Of a stretch of 64,000 nt of DNA, positions 19,214 through 29,672 are shown piece after piece. A program made the position numbers and the translations under genes. The stretch spans positions 928,001 through 992,000 of the forward strand of contig CBDBZU010000004.1 of NCBI GenBank assembly GCA_965213625.1. The letters run 5' to 3'. This DNA is from a bacterium (GTDB lineage Bacteria > UBA8248). Position 1 is the stretch's first letter, and each line of letters starts with the position of its first letter. A model generated the notes under the pieces. That model saw nothing but the letters and a program-made list of their open reading frames with translations, was not told where the DNA came from and made no database searches.

Positions 19214-20170
19214 TCAGGCGACCTGCTTGACGGGTATGCCGAGGGTTTTAGCTTTGTCGACGAGGTTGTCCGTGATGCCGCTGCCTGGGAACGCAATGAC
19301 GCCCTTGGGGAGGAGTGCCAGGAGCTCGTCGTTGCGCCGGAAGGGAGCGGCCCTGCCGTGGGCGTCCCAGTCGGGCTTGCAGACGACCTGGTGGACGCCG
19401 TTCCGCTCGGCCCATCCCGCCGCTATCTTCTCCGCACCGGGACCGCCGCCGTGGACGAGGACGACGTCGGCGTACTTGGCCTTGACCTTGTCGAGATGCG
19501 CGATGATTTTGCCCGCGTCGTTCGCTTCCTTACCGCCCGCGACGGCGACGAGGGTTCCCTGGGGGAGGTGGGCGGTGTTCGCGCGGTCCTTTCTGGCCCT
19601 TTGAAAGTCGCGGGCCTCGATCACGGCGGAGGTGAGCTTGCCGGTCTGCGAGACGTGCGAGCCTCGCCGTGGACGCCATACCTCGCCGGTCTCGATGCGG
19701 TAGGCCTCTGCTGCCGTGTCCCTGAGTTGCTCGAAGGAGTCTCTGCGTTCCGTGAGGTTGTTGGCCCTGTCGGTTGCGAGTTCGAGTTCGCGGGAGCGGA
19801 TCTCGGAGCCGTCCTGCTCGCGCTGGAGTTCGCGGACGCCGGGGATGAGTTTGTCGGCGGCGCGGTCGAGCCTCTGTGTCTGGGCGTCGAGGGTGTTGAC
19901 GAATCCCCAGAGGAGACTCGCCCGCTCATCCGCAAGCTGCGTTCCGTCGGGTGCGGCTTCTGCGAGTGCGCCGAAGGCCTTGATGACGGCGGCGGTCGCC
20001 TCGCCCTCGTCCCACACGGGGCGGTTGTCGAACTCGTCCGGCCCGGGGGTGGCGCCGAACAGGGCGGCCTGCTCGCATACCATGGCGGTGAAGGATTCAT
20101 GCTGGGCATCGTTGTGATCGTTCTCGTTCATGTTCATCTCCTTGTGGTCGTGAGTCGCGGTGGCAGTCAT
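19214..20170 (-). CDS. DUF2493 / YspA-SLOG family protein typical of conjugative elements
   Basis: LVAVAGG, LVHGGGPGAEKIAAGWA, PDWDAHGRAAPFRRND, AFPGSGIT. Confidence 0.85.
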   Translation of the reverse strand: MTATATHDHKEMNMNENDHNDAQHESFTAMVCEQAALFGATPGPDEFDNRPVWDEGEATAAVIKAFGALAEAAPDGTQLADERASLLWGFVNTLDAQTQRLDRAADKLIPGVRELQREQDGSEIRSRELELATDRANNLTERRDSFEQLRDTAAEAYRIETGEVWRPRRGSHVSQTGKLTSAVIEARDFQRARKDRANTAHLPQGTLVAVAGGKEANDAGKIIAHLDKVKAKYADVVLVHGGGPGAEKIAAGWAERNGVHQVVCKPDWDAHGRAAPFRRNDELLALLPKGVIAFPGSGITDNLVDKAKTLGIPVKQVA

Positions 20171-20191
20171 CGTTCACTCCTTTGGTTGTCC

Positions 20192-20563
20192 TCAAGCGAG
20201 GGGATGGTTGTATTGGGGCAGCGCGTAGCCGAAATCGTCCCGCCCCACTTCTTTGGGCATCTCGTCGAGATATCTGGCTGCCCACTCGGCGGCGCGCGCG
20301 AGGACGTCGCCGTGGCACGGGAGGGGATGGCAGTGGCAGCCGAGTTCGCAGCCGTGAAGGTCGGCGAGTTCGTGGAGGTTCACCTCCTCCTGCCGGATTT
20401 TTCTCCACAGCCATTGGCGGTATTTCTCGATGACGGCGTCGCGGTCGCCGTCCTGGCCGACCCGGAAGGGATTTCCCCACTTCGTCATGCGGTCGATCCT
20501 CACCATCAAGCCGCTGCCGAGTTCATCAACATAGGTGTTCAGGTTCACCACGGTGGTTTCCAT
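20192..20563 (-). CDS. DUF4326 family protein
   Basis: IDRMTKWGNPF, VIEKYRQWL, LGCHCHPLPCHGDVL. Confidence 0.88.
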   Translation of the reverse strand: METTVVNLNTYVDELGSGLMVRIDRMTKWGNPFRVGQDGDRDAVIEKYRQWLWRKIRQEEVNLHELADLHGCELGCHCHPLPCHGDVLARAAEWAARYLDEMPKEVGRDDFGYALPQYNHPLA

Positions 20564-20598
20564 GCCTTTCTCCTTTCCAGAGAGTTAACGGATGCGCT

Positions 20599-20798
20599 TC
20601 TTGGCGTCCCATTTTCAGCACGTAAGGGCGCCGGGCGGTGTATCCGGTGCCCGCAGGCGGGCGAATCAAGGGCTTGTCATTTTCCGGGGGGTTCCCGAAA
20701 AATACGGTTCATCGTTTTTTGGGGGGTACCGGCAAATGATGGCCGCTTGCGGCCACCCTTTATTGCCCGGCGTTCGTGCTAAAATGAGGACGCTAAGA
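20599..20798. promoter_or_regulatory. ~200-nt multi-stem hairpin; candidate single-stranded (Frpo-like) promoter
   Basis: TCTTGGCGTCC-CATTTT-CAGCAC..CGCCGGGC pairs with GCCCGGCG..GTGCT-AAAATG-AGGACGCTAAGA; several inner stems. Confidence 0.6.
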
Positions 20799-21124
20799 GA
20801 GAGACATCAGTACCGCCACCGGGACACAAGAGTTTTTGGGTGTTTCACGATGAAGACGAAGCTCATCGGGAAACATCCCTTCATGCTGCGGAAAGGGTCA
20901 TTTCGGGCCGTTATTCGGCCCGGAATTCCCGCAGCGGGGGGTAGACTGAGCCACTGTCTTGAATACGGGATGATTGCAGGCGCAAGCCGATCTTCCGGGA
21001 ACACGGTTTATCGTTCACGGAATAGGAGATTCTTCAGGAGTTCCCGGTAGACGAGAGAAGCCTACAGGGAGGGAAAGGCGCGGGCGCTTCGGCGGTGGAC
21101 TTCCTCCGGACAACGGGCATAAGA

Positions 21125-21160
21125 AAAGGGGTCGACGCGCGTGATGGCGCCGACCCCTTG
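21125..21160 (-). terminator. Intrinsic terminator after ssb
   Basis: AAGGGGTCG...CGACCCCTT stem with a T-tract on the minus strand. Confidence 0.55.
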
Positions 21161-21167
21161 TGAGCAC

Positions 21168-21470
21168 TTAAAACCGGATGTCCTCCTCCTCACCCCCGAC
21201 CCCTGCGGCGACGGGCACGCCGTTGCCGTTGTTGTTCCCGTTCGCCTTGTCCAAAAACTGGACGACCCCGCCGGGTGCTACGAGTATCTCGGTCGAGAAG
21301 CGTTCCGAATCCTCCTCGTCCTTCTTCCAGCGACGGGTCTGGAGCTTGCCCGCGACGTAGACCAGACGGCCTTTCTTCGCGTGCCGCTCGAACATGTCCA
21401 CCAGGCCGGGCTGGAAGGTCACGATCCTATGCCACTCCGTTTTCTCCACCCTCTCACCGGATTGCTTGTC
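21168..21470 (-). pseudogene. ssb: Single-stranded DNA-binding protein, 5'-truncated
   Basis: GERVEKTEWHRIV, KKGRLVYVAGKLQTRRW, acidic tail EEEDIRF; N-terminal OB strands missing. Confidence 0.88.
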
Positions 21471-21523
21471 TACCGGTTCCAAATGCAGGTGGTTGCGCCG
21501 AAGAGGGTGATCTTCAGGATGCT

Positions 21524-21799
21524 GTGATCACCCACGCGTTCCATCCGCTTCGCGGCCGAACGGTCCGGATTTACGACCGTGTGGGAGGCTCCAGGAGAGC
21601 GATTGTTCGCTACTTCGCGGACAGCGCGTCCGGCGCAACCCTTGTCAGCGTGCCGGTTTCCTGGACGTCCCTGTGGCAGGTCGACGACTTCGAGCGCGTT
21701 GCGTCCGGTCGCTGCCTGTTCCGGGGAGACGACCTGATTGTGCTTCGCGAGCTTGTGGACGCGCTTCTTGCGCCGGCGGTCGAGCGTGATCAGAAATAA
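21524..21799 (+). CDS. DUF5372 (Y4bD/Y4pK-like) protein
   Basis: VITHAFHPLRG...SVPVSWTSL...FRGDDLIVLRELV; start unclear. Confidence 0.65.
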   Translation: MITHAFHPLRGRTVRIYDRVGGSRRAIVRYFADSASGATLVSVPVSWTSLWQVDDFERVASGRCLFRGDDLIVLRELVDALLAPAVERDQK

Positions 21800-21972
21800 T
21801 GGCGCTATATGATCAGAAACCAGGGCGCTCATGCGTGGCTGTTCCGGGCATGGAGTGCCAGATAATGCCTTTTATAGGTAGGCATGGAGCAAGAGTATCG
21901 TGGTTGGATGTTGACTCGGTGGTGATTGTTGGCGTATTATTTATAGATACTACTTCGGAGGGCCGCACCGCC

Positions 21973-22452
21973 ATGGCAGACCGTCGCGACGACACCGAAA
22001 AGCAGGACCGGCTCAGGGAGGCCGGAACGCTCAACCGGACGCCGGAGAAGGTCAGCGATCCGGCATTCGCCTCCGGCGACTTCTTCGATGCGCGCGACCT
22101 GCTCCAGGTTCGCTACGAGATGGTACGGGTGGTCCGGCTGGGCGAGGCCACCCTCGCGCAGGCGGCGGCGCGGTTCGGGGTCTCGCGGCCGACCTGCTTC
22201 CGCATGGTCAAGGCGTTCGACGGGGGCGGGCTGCAGGAGCTCATCCCCGCGCGGCGCGGGCCGCGGGGGCCGCACAAGATCAGCCCGGAGATACTGCGCT
22301 TCGTCGAGGACTACAGGGCGCTGCACGGACGTGTGGGCGCGCGCCGGCTGGCGCCGCTGATCGAGGCCGAGTTCGGCATCAGGCTGCATCCACGCGGTCT
22401 GGAGAAGGCGATCGAGCGGGATAAAAAAAAATCTCCGGAGCCCGGACGATGA
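21973..22452 (+). CDS. Helix-turn-helix protein of the recombinase element
   Basis: FFDARDLLQVRYEMVR, AAARFGVSRPT, RRGPRGPHK. Confidence 0.8.
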   Translation: MADRRDDTEKQDRLREAGTLNRTPEKVSDPAFASGDFFDARDLLQVRYEMVRVVRLGEATLAQAAARFGVSRPTCFRMVKAFDGGGLQELIPARRGPRGPHKISPEILRFVEDYRALHGRVGARRLAPLIEAEFGIRLHPRGLEKAIERDKKKSPEPGR

Positions 22453-22754
22453 TGCACGGCGACGCTGCGCAGGTTTACGAGGACTGGCGCCGGCTCTGGA
22501 TGTCGGGCGGCGACAGCAACGCCTTCGCCGTGCTGCGCTTCCACGGTCTGCGCGGCGCCCTGACCATGGCCGGGGCCGCGTGCAACCGCGCCCGTCCGCG
22601 GCCACCGTCGCCGCTGCCTGCCAACATGGACCTGCCGCTCGCCGATGCGGTGATCGTCGAGGCCGCCAGCCAGGTCCGGCGCCTGCTGGGCGTGTCATCG
22701 CCTCCCGCGGCCGCCGGCGTTGCGCGGAAATACGAGGAGAGCCGTCATGTCTGA
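22449..22754 (+). CDS. Hypothetical protein of the recombinase element
   Basis: Translationally coupled between the HTH gene and the recombinase. Confidence 0.55.
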   Translation: MMHGDAAQVYEDWRRLWMSGGDSNAFAVLRFHGLRGALTMAGAACNRARPRPPSPLPANMDLPLADAVIVEAASQVRRLLGVSSPPAAAGVARKYEESRHV

Positions 22755-24321
22755 AGCGGAAGCGCGCAAGGTCGCGACGCATCATCTGGAGCGCGAGGCC
22801 TGCCTCTACGTGCGGCAGTCCTCGCTTCGCCAGGTCATGCAAAATACCGAGAGCACGCGGCGTCAGTACGGGCTGAGCCAAAGGGCGACGGCGCTCGGCT
22901 GGCCTGCCGAGCGTATCCGGGTGATTGACGAGGACCAGGGCAAGTCGGGGGCCTACAGCGGAAACCGCAGCGGCTTCCGCGACCTGATGGGGAGCATCGC
23001 CTCCGGCGACGTGGGGATCGTTCTCGGCCTGGAAGTCTCGCGTCTGGCGCGAGACAACGCCGACTGGCACCAGCTGCTGCGGATCGCCGGCATCACCAAT
23101 ACCCTGATCCTTGACGAGACCGGCATCTACGATCCCAACGACGGCAACGACAAGCTCTTGTTGGGCGTCAAAGGGACGCTGAGCGAGTTCGAGCTTGAGG
23201 GGCTCAAGGCGCGGCTTGTCGGCGGCCAGCGCAGCGCCGCCGCGCGCGGTGCGCTGAAGTTGCGGCTGCCGGTCGGCCTGGCCTACAACGACAGGGACGA
23301 GGTGGTGTTCGAGCCCGACCGATCCGTCGTCGATGCGATCCGTCTCGTGTTCGACAGCTTCCGCCGGATGGGGTCGGCGATGGCGGTGGTGAAATGGATG
23401 CACCGGGAGAACATCGAGCTTCCGGCGCGGCCGCGAAGCGGGCCGGCCTGCGGCGAACTGCGCTGGGCGCCTCCGCGCGTGCAGCAAATCGCCCGCATTC
23501 TGAGGAATCCGCGCTACGCCGGCGCCTACGTCTATGGCCAGACGCACGTCCTGCGGCGGCTTGACGGGACCGGAAGGTTGCGTGTCGTGCCGATGGAGGA
23601 GTGGAAGGTGTGCATTGAGGACGCCCATGTGGGCTTCATCGATTGGGAGGAGTACCTTCGCAATCGAGCCACCCTGAGAGGCAATGCCGCGGCCTTCCTG
23701 GAATCGGACTCGCGCACCGCGGCGCCCCGCGAGGGGGCGGCGCTGTTGCAGTCGCGGGTGCTGTGCGGCCACTGCGGCCGGCGCATGGGCATGCAATACA
23801 ACCGCGCTCTCCCGCATCGCAACCGGCCGGCGCGCTACTTCTACGTCTGCAATGAAGAGTGGGCCCGCTACGGACGGAAGACCTGCCAGACCATGCGCGG
23901 CGATCTCGTCGACGCGGAGATATCCCGCTTCGTGATCGACGCGATGAACCGCAAGAACATAGATCTTGCCCTGGCGGTGCAGGAGCAGGTCGATGTGGAG
24001 TTCGCCGAGGCCGATGCCCAGCGCGCCAGGCGCATCGATGCCCTGCGCTACGAGGCCGATCTGGCGCGGCGCAGGTTCTTCGAGGTCGACCCGGCCAACC
24101 GGCTGGTGGCGGCATCGCTGGAGGCCGACTGGAACGAGCGCCTGCGCGAGCTGGAAGAGGCGTGCCGGGAACGGGAGGCCCGCGGCGCGGCGCGCGACAC
24201 CGAGCTCTCCGAGCGGCATGCCGATAGGTTTCGGTTCGGTAGAAAGAACGTGCCCGAGCCCGGCGGGGGCAATTCGGTCAACATAGTCCCACCACGCGCC
24301 GTCGACGATGAGTTTATCTAA
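22747..24321 (+). pseudogene. Large serine recombinase, C-terminally truncated at ~24222
   Basis: YVRQSS (catalytic Ser), EVSRLAR, ILRNPRYAG, zinc ribbon CGHCG..YVC..C, coiled coil; the last ~30 codons are antisense alkD sequence. Confidence 0.88.
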
Positions 24322-24651
24322 TAGTGGTACCGAATCCATGTTCAGCCAGCACAGGAAGGGTCGGTAGACCGCGAGCTCGACTGCCGCATAGCGCTGCTCC
24401 CGGTACGTCGCCTCGCGCCACAATGTGAGAATCGTGGCCTGCCAGTTGTCCGCACAGGCGGGTGGGTAGCGCTCGAAGACGGCCCGTGCGGTCTTCCGCA
24501 TCACGGGTACGCGCACGCCCATGAACGGCATACTCGATTTCATGTAGCGTTGCTGGCCGGCAGCCCGCCCGGGTTCGCGGACCGACCACAGTGCGTCGTG
24601 AAGCGCGTCGATCAACGTGCAAGATTCCTGTGCGGCAATCGACCGGTTCAT
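24222..24651 (-). pseudogene. DNA alkylation repair (AlkD-like) protein, N-terminal part only
   Basis: QQRYMKSSMPFMGVRVPVMR, LWREATYREQRYAA, GAWWDYVD. Confidence 0.82.
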
Positions 24652-25066
24652 CACGACACCCACCATACAGTACGGAAAAATGGCAATCTTGCTGTTCGAT
24701 GCATTGGGACAGCGACCGAATCCAGCCCTGGAGAGAAAACCCGCGACTTACAGGGTGCCGTTCGGCCGCTAGCCACCGAGCGCCTAGTATTCCACCCCAA
24801 CTGACCGGAAGCAACAATGTCGCTCAGCGGCTGACCCCTTTGGTCGCGGTGGAGACCCCTTGCCTCGGCAGATGTGGGGAGCGTGGCTTCGCCTCTATCA
24901 GCCGCAGGAGTCAAGATTTGCAGCATCTCACGTTCCTGGTGGTGCAGATGTGTTCCTTTGAACATACCGGGCCGTTGCGACAAAGCGCTGAATGCGGATA
25001 ACATCGAGGATCATCGACTCTGGACTTAGTCGGTTCTTTTGCGTTTATCGAGAAAGGGAAATTACG

Positions 25067-27540
25067 ATGAGGATCGCTTTGGCGGCAGCCACCGCTTATG
25101 TAGTGCTGGCGGTGATGATATCCCATGCCGGACCTCTCGCGCCGGCCCCGCAGGTCATCGCCGAATACGACCGCAAGTTCATCGAGCGCTCGGGTGCTCA
25201 GACGCTCGAGGAGCTGTTGGACACCGGCATCATCCGCTACTTTTTCACCGGGGGACGAGATCTGCTCGTCCTGGTGAACGGCAGACCCTACGCCACCACC
25301 GGCCAGAATCTGGATTCCCTGCCGCTCTCGGCCGTGGAGCGCATCGAGGTTCTGAGAGGCGAGAGTCTGAGCACGCTGGGCGGCCACGCCGCCATAAACG
25401 GCGCGTTCAATATCGTGCTCAGAAAGGACCTGGACGGTTTCGAGATGCGTACGGTTACGCGGAAGCCGAGCCGGGACGGTGGCGACGGCTGGCAGGGCAG
25501 TGTCTTCTGGGGCGGCGCGGTCGGCAAGGGAGGACGCATGACCATCGGCGCAGACATACTGGACCGTCAGGAAATCCTCGGCAAGAACCGGGAACACAGC
25601 CGCTCCGAGTGGGTCGAGGGCGGCAGCTTCAGCCAATCCAAGAATATCAGCGTCGGCGGCAACACCGTCTATGTCTCCCGGAGAGACGACCAGGGAGCAC
25701 CTACCGCCTTAAGGTCATTACCGCTGGGGGACTGCGACCCGGCGCAAGGCTATGCCGGCCCGCTCAGCAATCCGCCCGGTATCCGTACGGGCGACAAGGG
25801 CTGTGGTTACGCCTATGGAAACATCTGGTGGGATACCCCAGCTATGAACAGAAGAGCGCCATCCTGAACCTGGAGCATCCGCTCGGTGGGGACGCCGAAC
25901 TCCATCTGGACGCGAACATCAGGCAGGGCCGCGGGGCGTTCCGCTACGCGCCGTCGGTCGACGTGTTTTCCTTTACGCCGAACGAGACATTGCTGGATGA
26001 GCTCAAGAGAGCAGCCGGTTCCGACTTCCGGTTGGGAGAAAACGACGAATTCGTTGTGGGGCACCGCTTTATCGGCCACGGCAACCGTGACTGGGTGACG
26101 GATATCGAGGAATACGACATTTCCGCAAGCGTCGAAGGTCGTCTGGATGAAGGTCTCGGCTATGACGTGCGCGTCAGCGCCTACCGGCTGGACCATTCCG
26201 TGTCCGGCGACACCTTCGTGCATGCCGGCAAGATCAGGGAAGAGATCGAGAGTGGGGCTTACAACCTCGTGAACCCGTTAGACCCGCGTAATTCCGCAGC
26301 GATCGAGAACAGCAGCTTACAGGAGGAGGATAATTTCAGTTCGGAGTATCTTGGCGCCCGGCTGGCGCTGGAGGGCTCAGGCTTCGCTATCGGCGGGCGC
26401 CTGACGGCATGGACCGCAGGGGTCGAACTGGAGAGCGTGGACGTGCGCCGCCTCCTGGTCTTTCGGGACAAGGACGGCTATACCCATGAAGTGACCGAGG
26501 TGCTCGGTTCCGGCGGAACCAGCTATGCCGGCAAGCGCGACATTGCGGCGGCTTTTGCGGAGATGTCCCTGCCGCTGACCGACAAACTGGAAATCAGGGT
26601 CGGGGGACGCGGCGATGAATACGACGATATAGGCGGATTGGAATCGTGGCGTTTCGGGGCCGAATACCGGCTGACCGGCATCGTCACGCTGCGCGGCTCG
26701 TGGAGCGCGGGCGAGACGTCGCCCTCGATGCGGCATATCTACAGCGACGCGTCGCAGGACCACCCTTATGTCGTTTGCGACCCCGGGAGCGGACCGCCGC
26801 CCCGCACATGCGATAGTCCGAACTTCCGGCAGGTGACGCGTGAGACAAGCGGCAACCCGGGTCTCGACCCCGCAGGCTCCGAGATGCTTTCTTTCGGCGC
26901 CGAGGCCCGCAAAGGGCCGTTCTATCTCGTTGCGGACTGGTATCGGCTCGCAATATCCGACCAGCCAGGGCAGAACACCGCCACCTGGGCCATGTTGAAC
27001 CTGCAAGAATGCCGGGGCGGCAACCGGAATGACTGCATCGAGCGCATCGGCGGCGACATCACCATTCACGACAGCTTTGCGAACATTGTCGATACCGAGA
27101 TTTCGGGCGTGAATTTCCGATACGGCGCGCGCATGAGAACGGGTTGGGGCGTTATCGGGTTGCGCGGGTTCTGGCGGCACGTCATCAGCACCAAACAGCA
27201 AATCGCGGGCGAAAAACAGCGGTTTCCCCTCCCCCGGAATGCGGTGCGCGTCGTAGTCTCGGCCGGGCGTGACAATCTCACCGCTTTCTGGTCCACGAAC
27301 TACCGCTCCGAAATCGAGAGTCAGTCGGGCGAAGGGAGGTTCAGGTCCTGGACCGGCCACGATTTGACGCTCGACTGGGAGCGGCCGCTAGGGCTGGAAA
27401 GCGTGCGGGTGACCGCGGGCGTGTACAACCTCACCGATGCCAAACTCTCGACGAATACAGCCAACCCCTCCGTTACGGACGGGCCCAGAGCGGCTGGTTG
27501 GGGCCGCACCTTCTTCCTCACTCTCAACATGCGGTTCTGA
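25067..27540 (+). pseudogene. TonB-dependent receptor with one frameshift (~25835-25840)
   Basis: Signal peptide; plug LVLVNGR..LPLSAVERIEVLRG..GAFNIVL; barrel GNPGLDP, GVYNLTD, C-terminal GRTFFLTLNMRF; split across ORFs 24992-25867 and 25039-27540. Confidence 0.88.
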
Positions 27541-27693
27541 GGGGCCGTCGGACAGCTTCGGGAGGGGTGCTGCTTTCCCGGCTGAGCCGGGAAGGGCTTC
27601 GGGGTGGTATCAGGGTGCGTGCGTCGGGCGCGACATTGATGCCGTCGCTCAGGATCGGCGTGCGCAGCTGCTTCCGGGAACCGTCCTTCGCAC

Positions 27694-28899
27694 TCACTTC
27701 GGAGACGGCGGGCGGCGCTCCCGCCAGCCTTCCAGCATGTTCTCCTCGATGCTCCCGGCGACCCGTTCGGCCGCCTCCTGCGCCGAGTCGCGCGCGAGGT
27801 GCGCGTAGCGCGCCGTCGTTTCCATCTTGCTGTGGCCCAGGAGCTTCCCGATCACGGGGAGCGACTCGCCGAGCGCGAGAGCCCTGGATGCATACGAATG
27901 TCTCAAGTCATGGATCCGCACGCCTTCGAGGCCCGCGCGCTCCCTTACCGTCCGCCAGGCCTCGTCGATATTCGCAAGGTGCGTCCCGGGCTTCCCGCCC
28001 GGGATGACCCAGGGGCCGTCGTGGGCGCGAAGGAGGTCCGTGAGAAGTTCGACCGCCTCAGGCGGCAAGGGGATCGCCCGCGCGCCCGTCTTGGAATCGG
28101 GCAGTCTGAGCTCGCCCGCTTCGAGCGCCACGTCCTCCCGGCGCAGCTTGAGGACTTCGCTCCTGCGGCACCCGGTAAGGGCCAGGAGCCTGATCGCCGC
28201 CACCGCGGACGCGCCGCCCGCAGCCTCCGCCTCCTCGAGTGCGCGTCCCAGGCGGGTGAACTCCGAATCCGTCAGGAACCGCTCGCGCCTGCGCTCGGGG
28301 TATTTCATAATCGAGCGGCAGGGATTTGATAATCCGTCCGGCGCCATGCCCCAGCCGGCAGCCTGCTCGTACATCGCGGAGAGGGTGCGGAGCGCCATGT
28401 TCGCCACCGCGGGCGTCTCGTAGAGGCTCTCGTGGAATTCCGCCACCTGCGCGCGAGAGAGCGCAGCGATCGGCAGCTTGCCCAGGGCGGGCAGGACGTG
28501 GCGGTTGATCACCGAGCGGTAGAGCGCGGCGGTGGCCGGCTTGCACCGCACCGCGACGTATTCGGCGAGGTAGCGCGCGCACACCTCATTCACCGTGGGG
28601 CCTGCCTTGCGTATAAGCGGCTCTGGAACCGCCTCCTCGCCCGCCTTGACCCTCGCGATGATGTGGGCGGCGCGCTTCCTGGCCTCATCGGCGTTGATCA
28701 CTCCGTGGCGGCCCACCGCCACGCGTTTGGGTCCCTCGGGACCCCGCGCCTGCGCGATGTAGACTTTTGAGCCCGTGGGATAGACCCGCACGCCGAAGCC
28801 GGTGAGGTCGCGGTCCCAGAAGACCGTGTCCTTCTCCACTTTCAGTTTCGCGACCGCGCGGTTGGAAAGCGTCCCGTATTTCGTCTTCGCCATCTTCAC
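27694..28899 (-). CDS. Tyrosine integrase with N-terminal Arm DNA-binding domain
   Basis: WDRDLTGFGVRVYPTGSK, LTGCRRSE, HDLRHSYAS, LLGH, TARYAHL. Confidence 0.95.
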   Translation of the reverse strand: MKMAKTKYGTLSNRAVAKLKVEKDTVFWDRDLTGFGVRVYPTGSKVYIAQARGPEGPKRVAVGRHGVINADEARKRAAHIIARVKAGEEAVPEPLIRKAGPTVNEVCARYLAEYVAVRCKPATAALYRSVINRHVLPALGKLPIAALSRAQVAEFHESLYETPAVANMALRTLSAMYEQAAGWGMAPDGLSNPCRSIMKYPERRRERFLTDSEFTRLGRALEEAEAAGGASAVAAIRLLALTGCRRSEVLKLRREDVALEAGELRLPDSKTGARAIPLPPEAVELLTDLLRAHDGPWVIPGGKPGTHLANIDEAWRTVRERAGLEGVRIHDLRHSYASRALALGESLPVIGKLLGHSKMETTARYAHLARDSAQEAAERVAGSIEENMLEGWRERRPPSPK

Positions 28900-29672
28900 C
28901 CGGCCCTCCCGTTGGTGATGTGAATCCCGATGCTCCCGCCCACCCGTACCGCCGCCTCCCTCTCGGCCTCGCGCATCAGGTGCGCGTAGCGCGCGCTCGT
29001 CGCCACGCTCGTGTGCCCGAGCAGTTTGCCTATCGTGTAGAGGCTCTCACCCAGCGCCAGCGCCCTCGACGCGTAGGAATGCCTGAGGTCATGGATGCGC
29101 ACGTCATGGAGTCCCGCCCGCTCCCGGACGGGTCGCCAGTAGTGGTGCAGGCCTGTGAGGCGCTTCCCGGGCCTCTGGCCCGCGATCACCCAGGGATTGT
29201 CCTCAGAGCGGGGGATGGCGTCCAGTATCCTGAGCACGGGCCTCGTCAGGGGAACCATGCGGGGACCCGCCTTGGCGTCCCTCAAGCGCAGATCGCCCGC
29301 CGTGCGGTCCACGTCGTCCCACCCGAGGCTCAGTATCTCGCCCCTGTGGCACCCGGTCAGGACGAGCAGCCGGATGGCCGCAACCGCGGGCGGCCATATC
29401 CCGCCTTCCGCCTCGGCTTGCCTGAGCGCACGGCCCAGGCGTCGGTATTCCTCAGGCGTCAGGAACCGCTCGCGCACCCGCGTCCTGTAGCGGCGCACGG
29501 AGAGGCAGGGGTTCCGCCCGGGCGGGACCAGTTCCCACGCCTCGGCAAGGGTATACATCCGAGATAGCAGGTGGACCGTCGCGTTGGCCCGGGCGGGCGT
29601 TTCCCTGAGCCTGTGATGGAGCGCCGTGACTTCCGCCCCGCCCACTTCTTCCAGTACCATCCCGCCCATGGC
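28896..29672 (-). pseudogene. Second tyrosine integrase; 5' end removed at IS1182
   Basis: LTGCHRGE (catalytic Arg position reads His), HDLRHSYAS, LLGH, ARYAHL; stop overlaps the start of the neighbouring integrase. Confidence 0.88.

Larger units (their letters stand above)
21471..24222 (+). mobile_element. Serine-recombinase element (DUF5372-like, HTH, small ORF, large serine recombinase), right end lost
   Basis: Interrupts ssb; four co-oriented genes, the last three coupled; recombinase truncated at the junction with an alkD-like fragment. Confidence 0.7.

Noticed and set aside
21937-24666. 909-aa minus-strand ORF
   Set aside because: Chimera of an alkD-like 5' fragment and the antisense of the recombinase element
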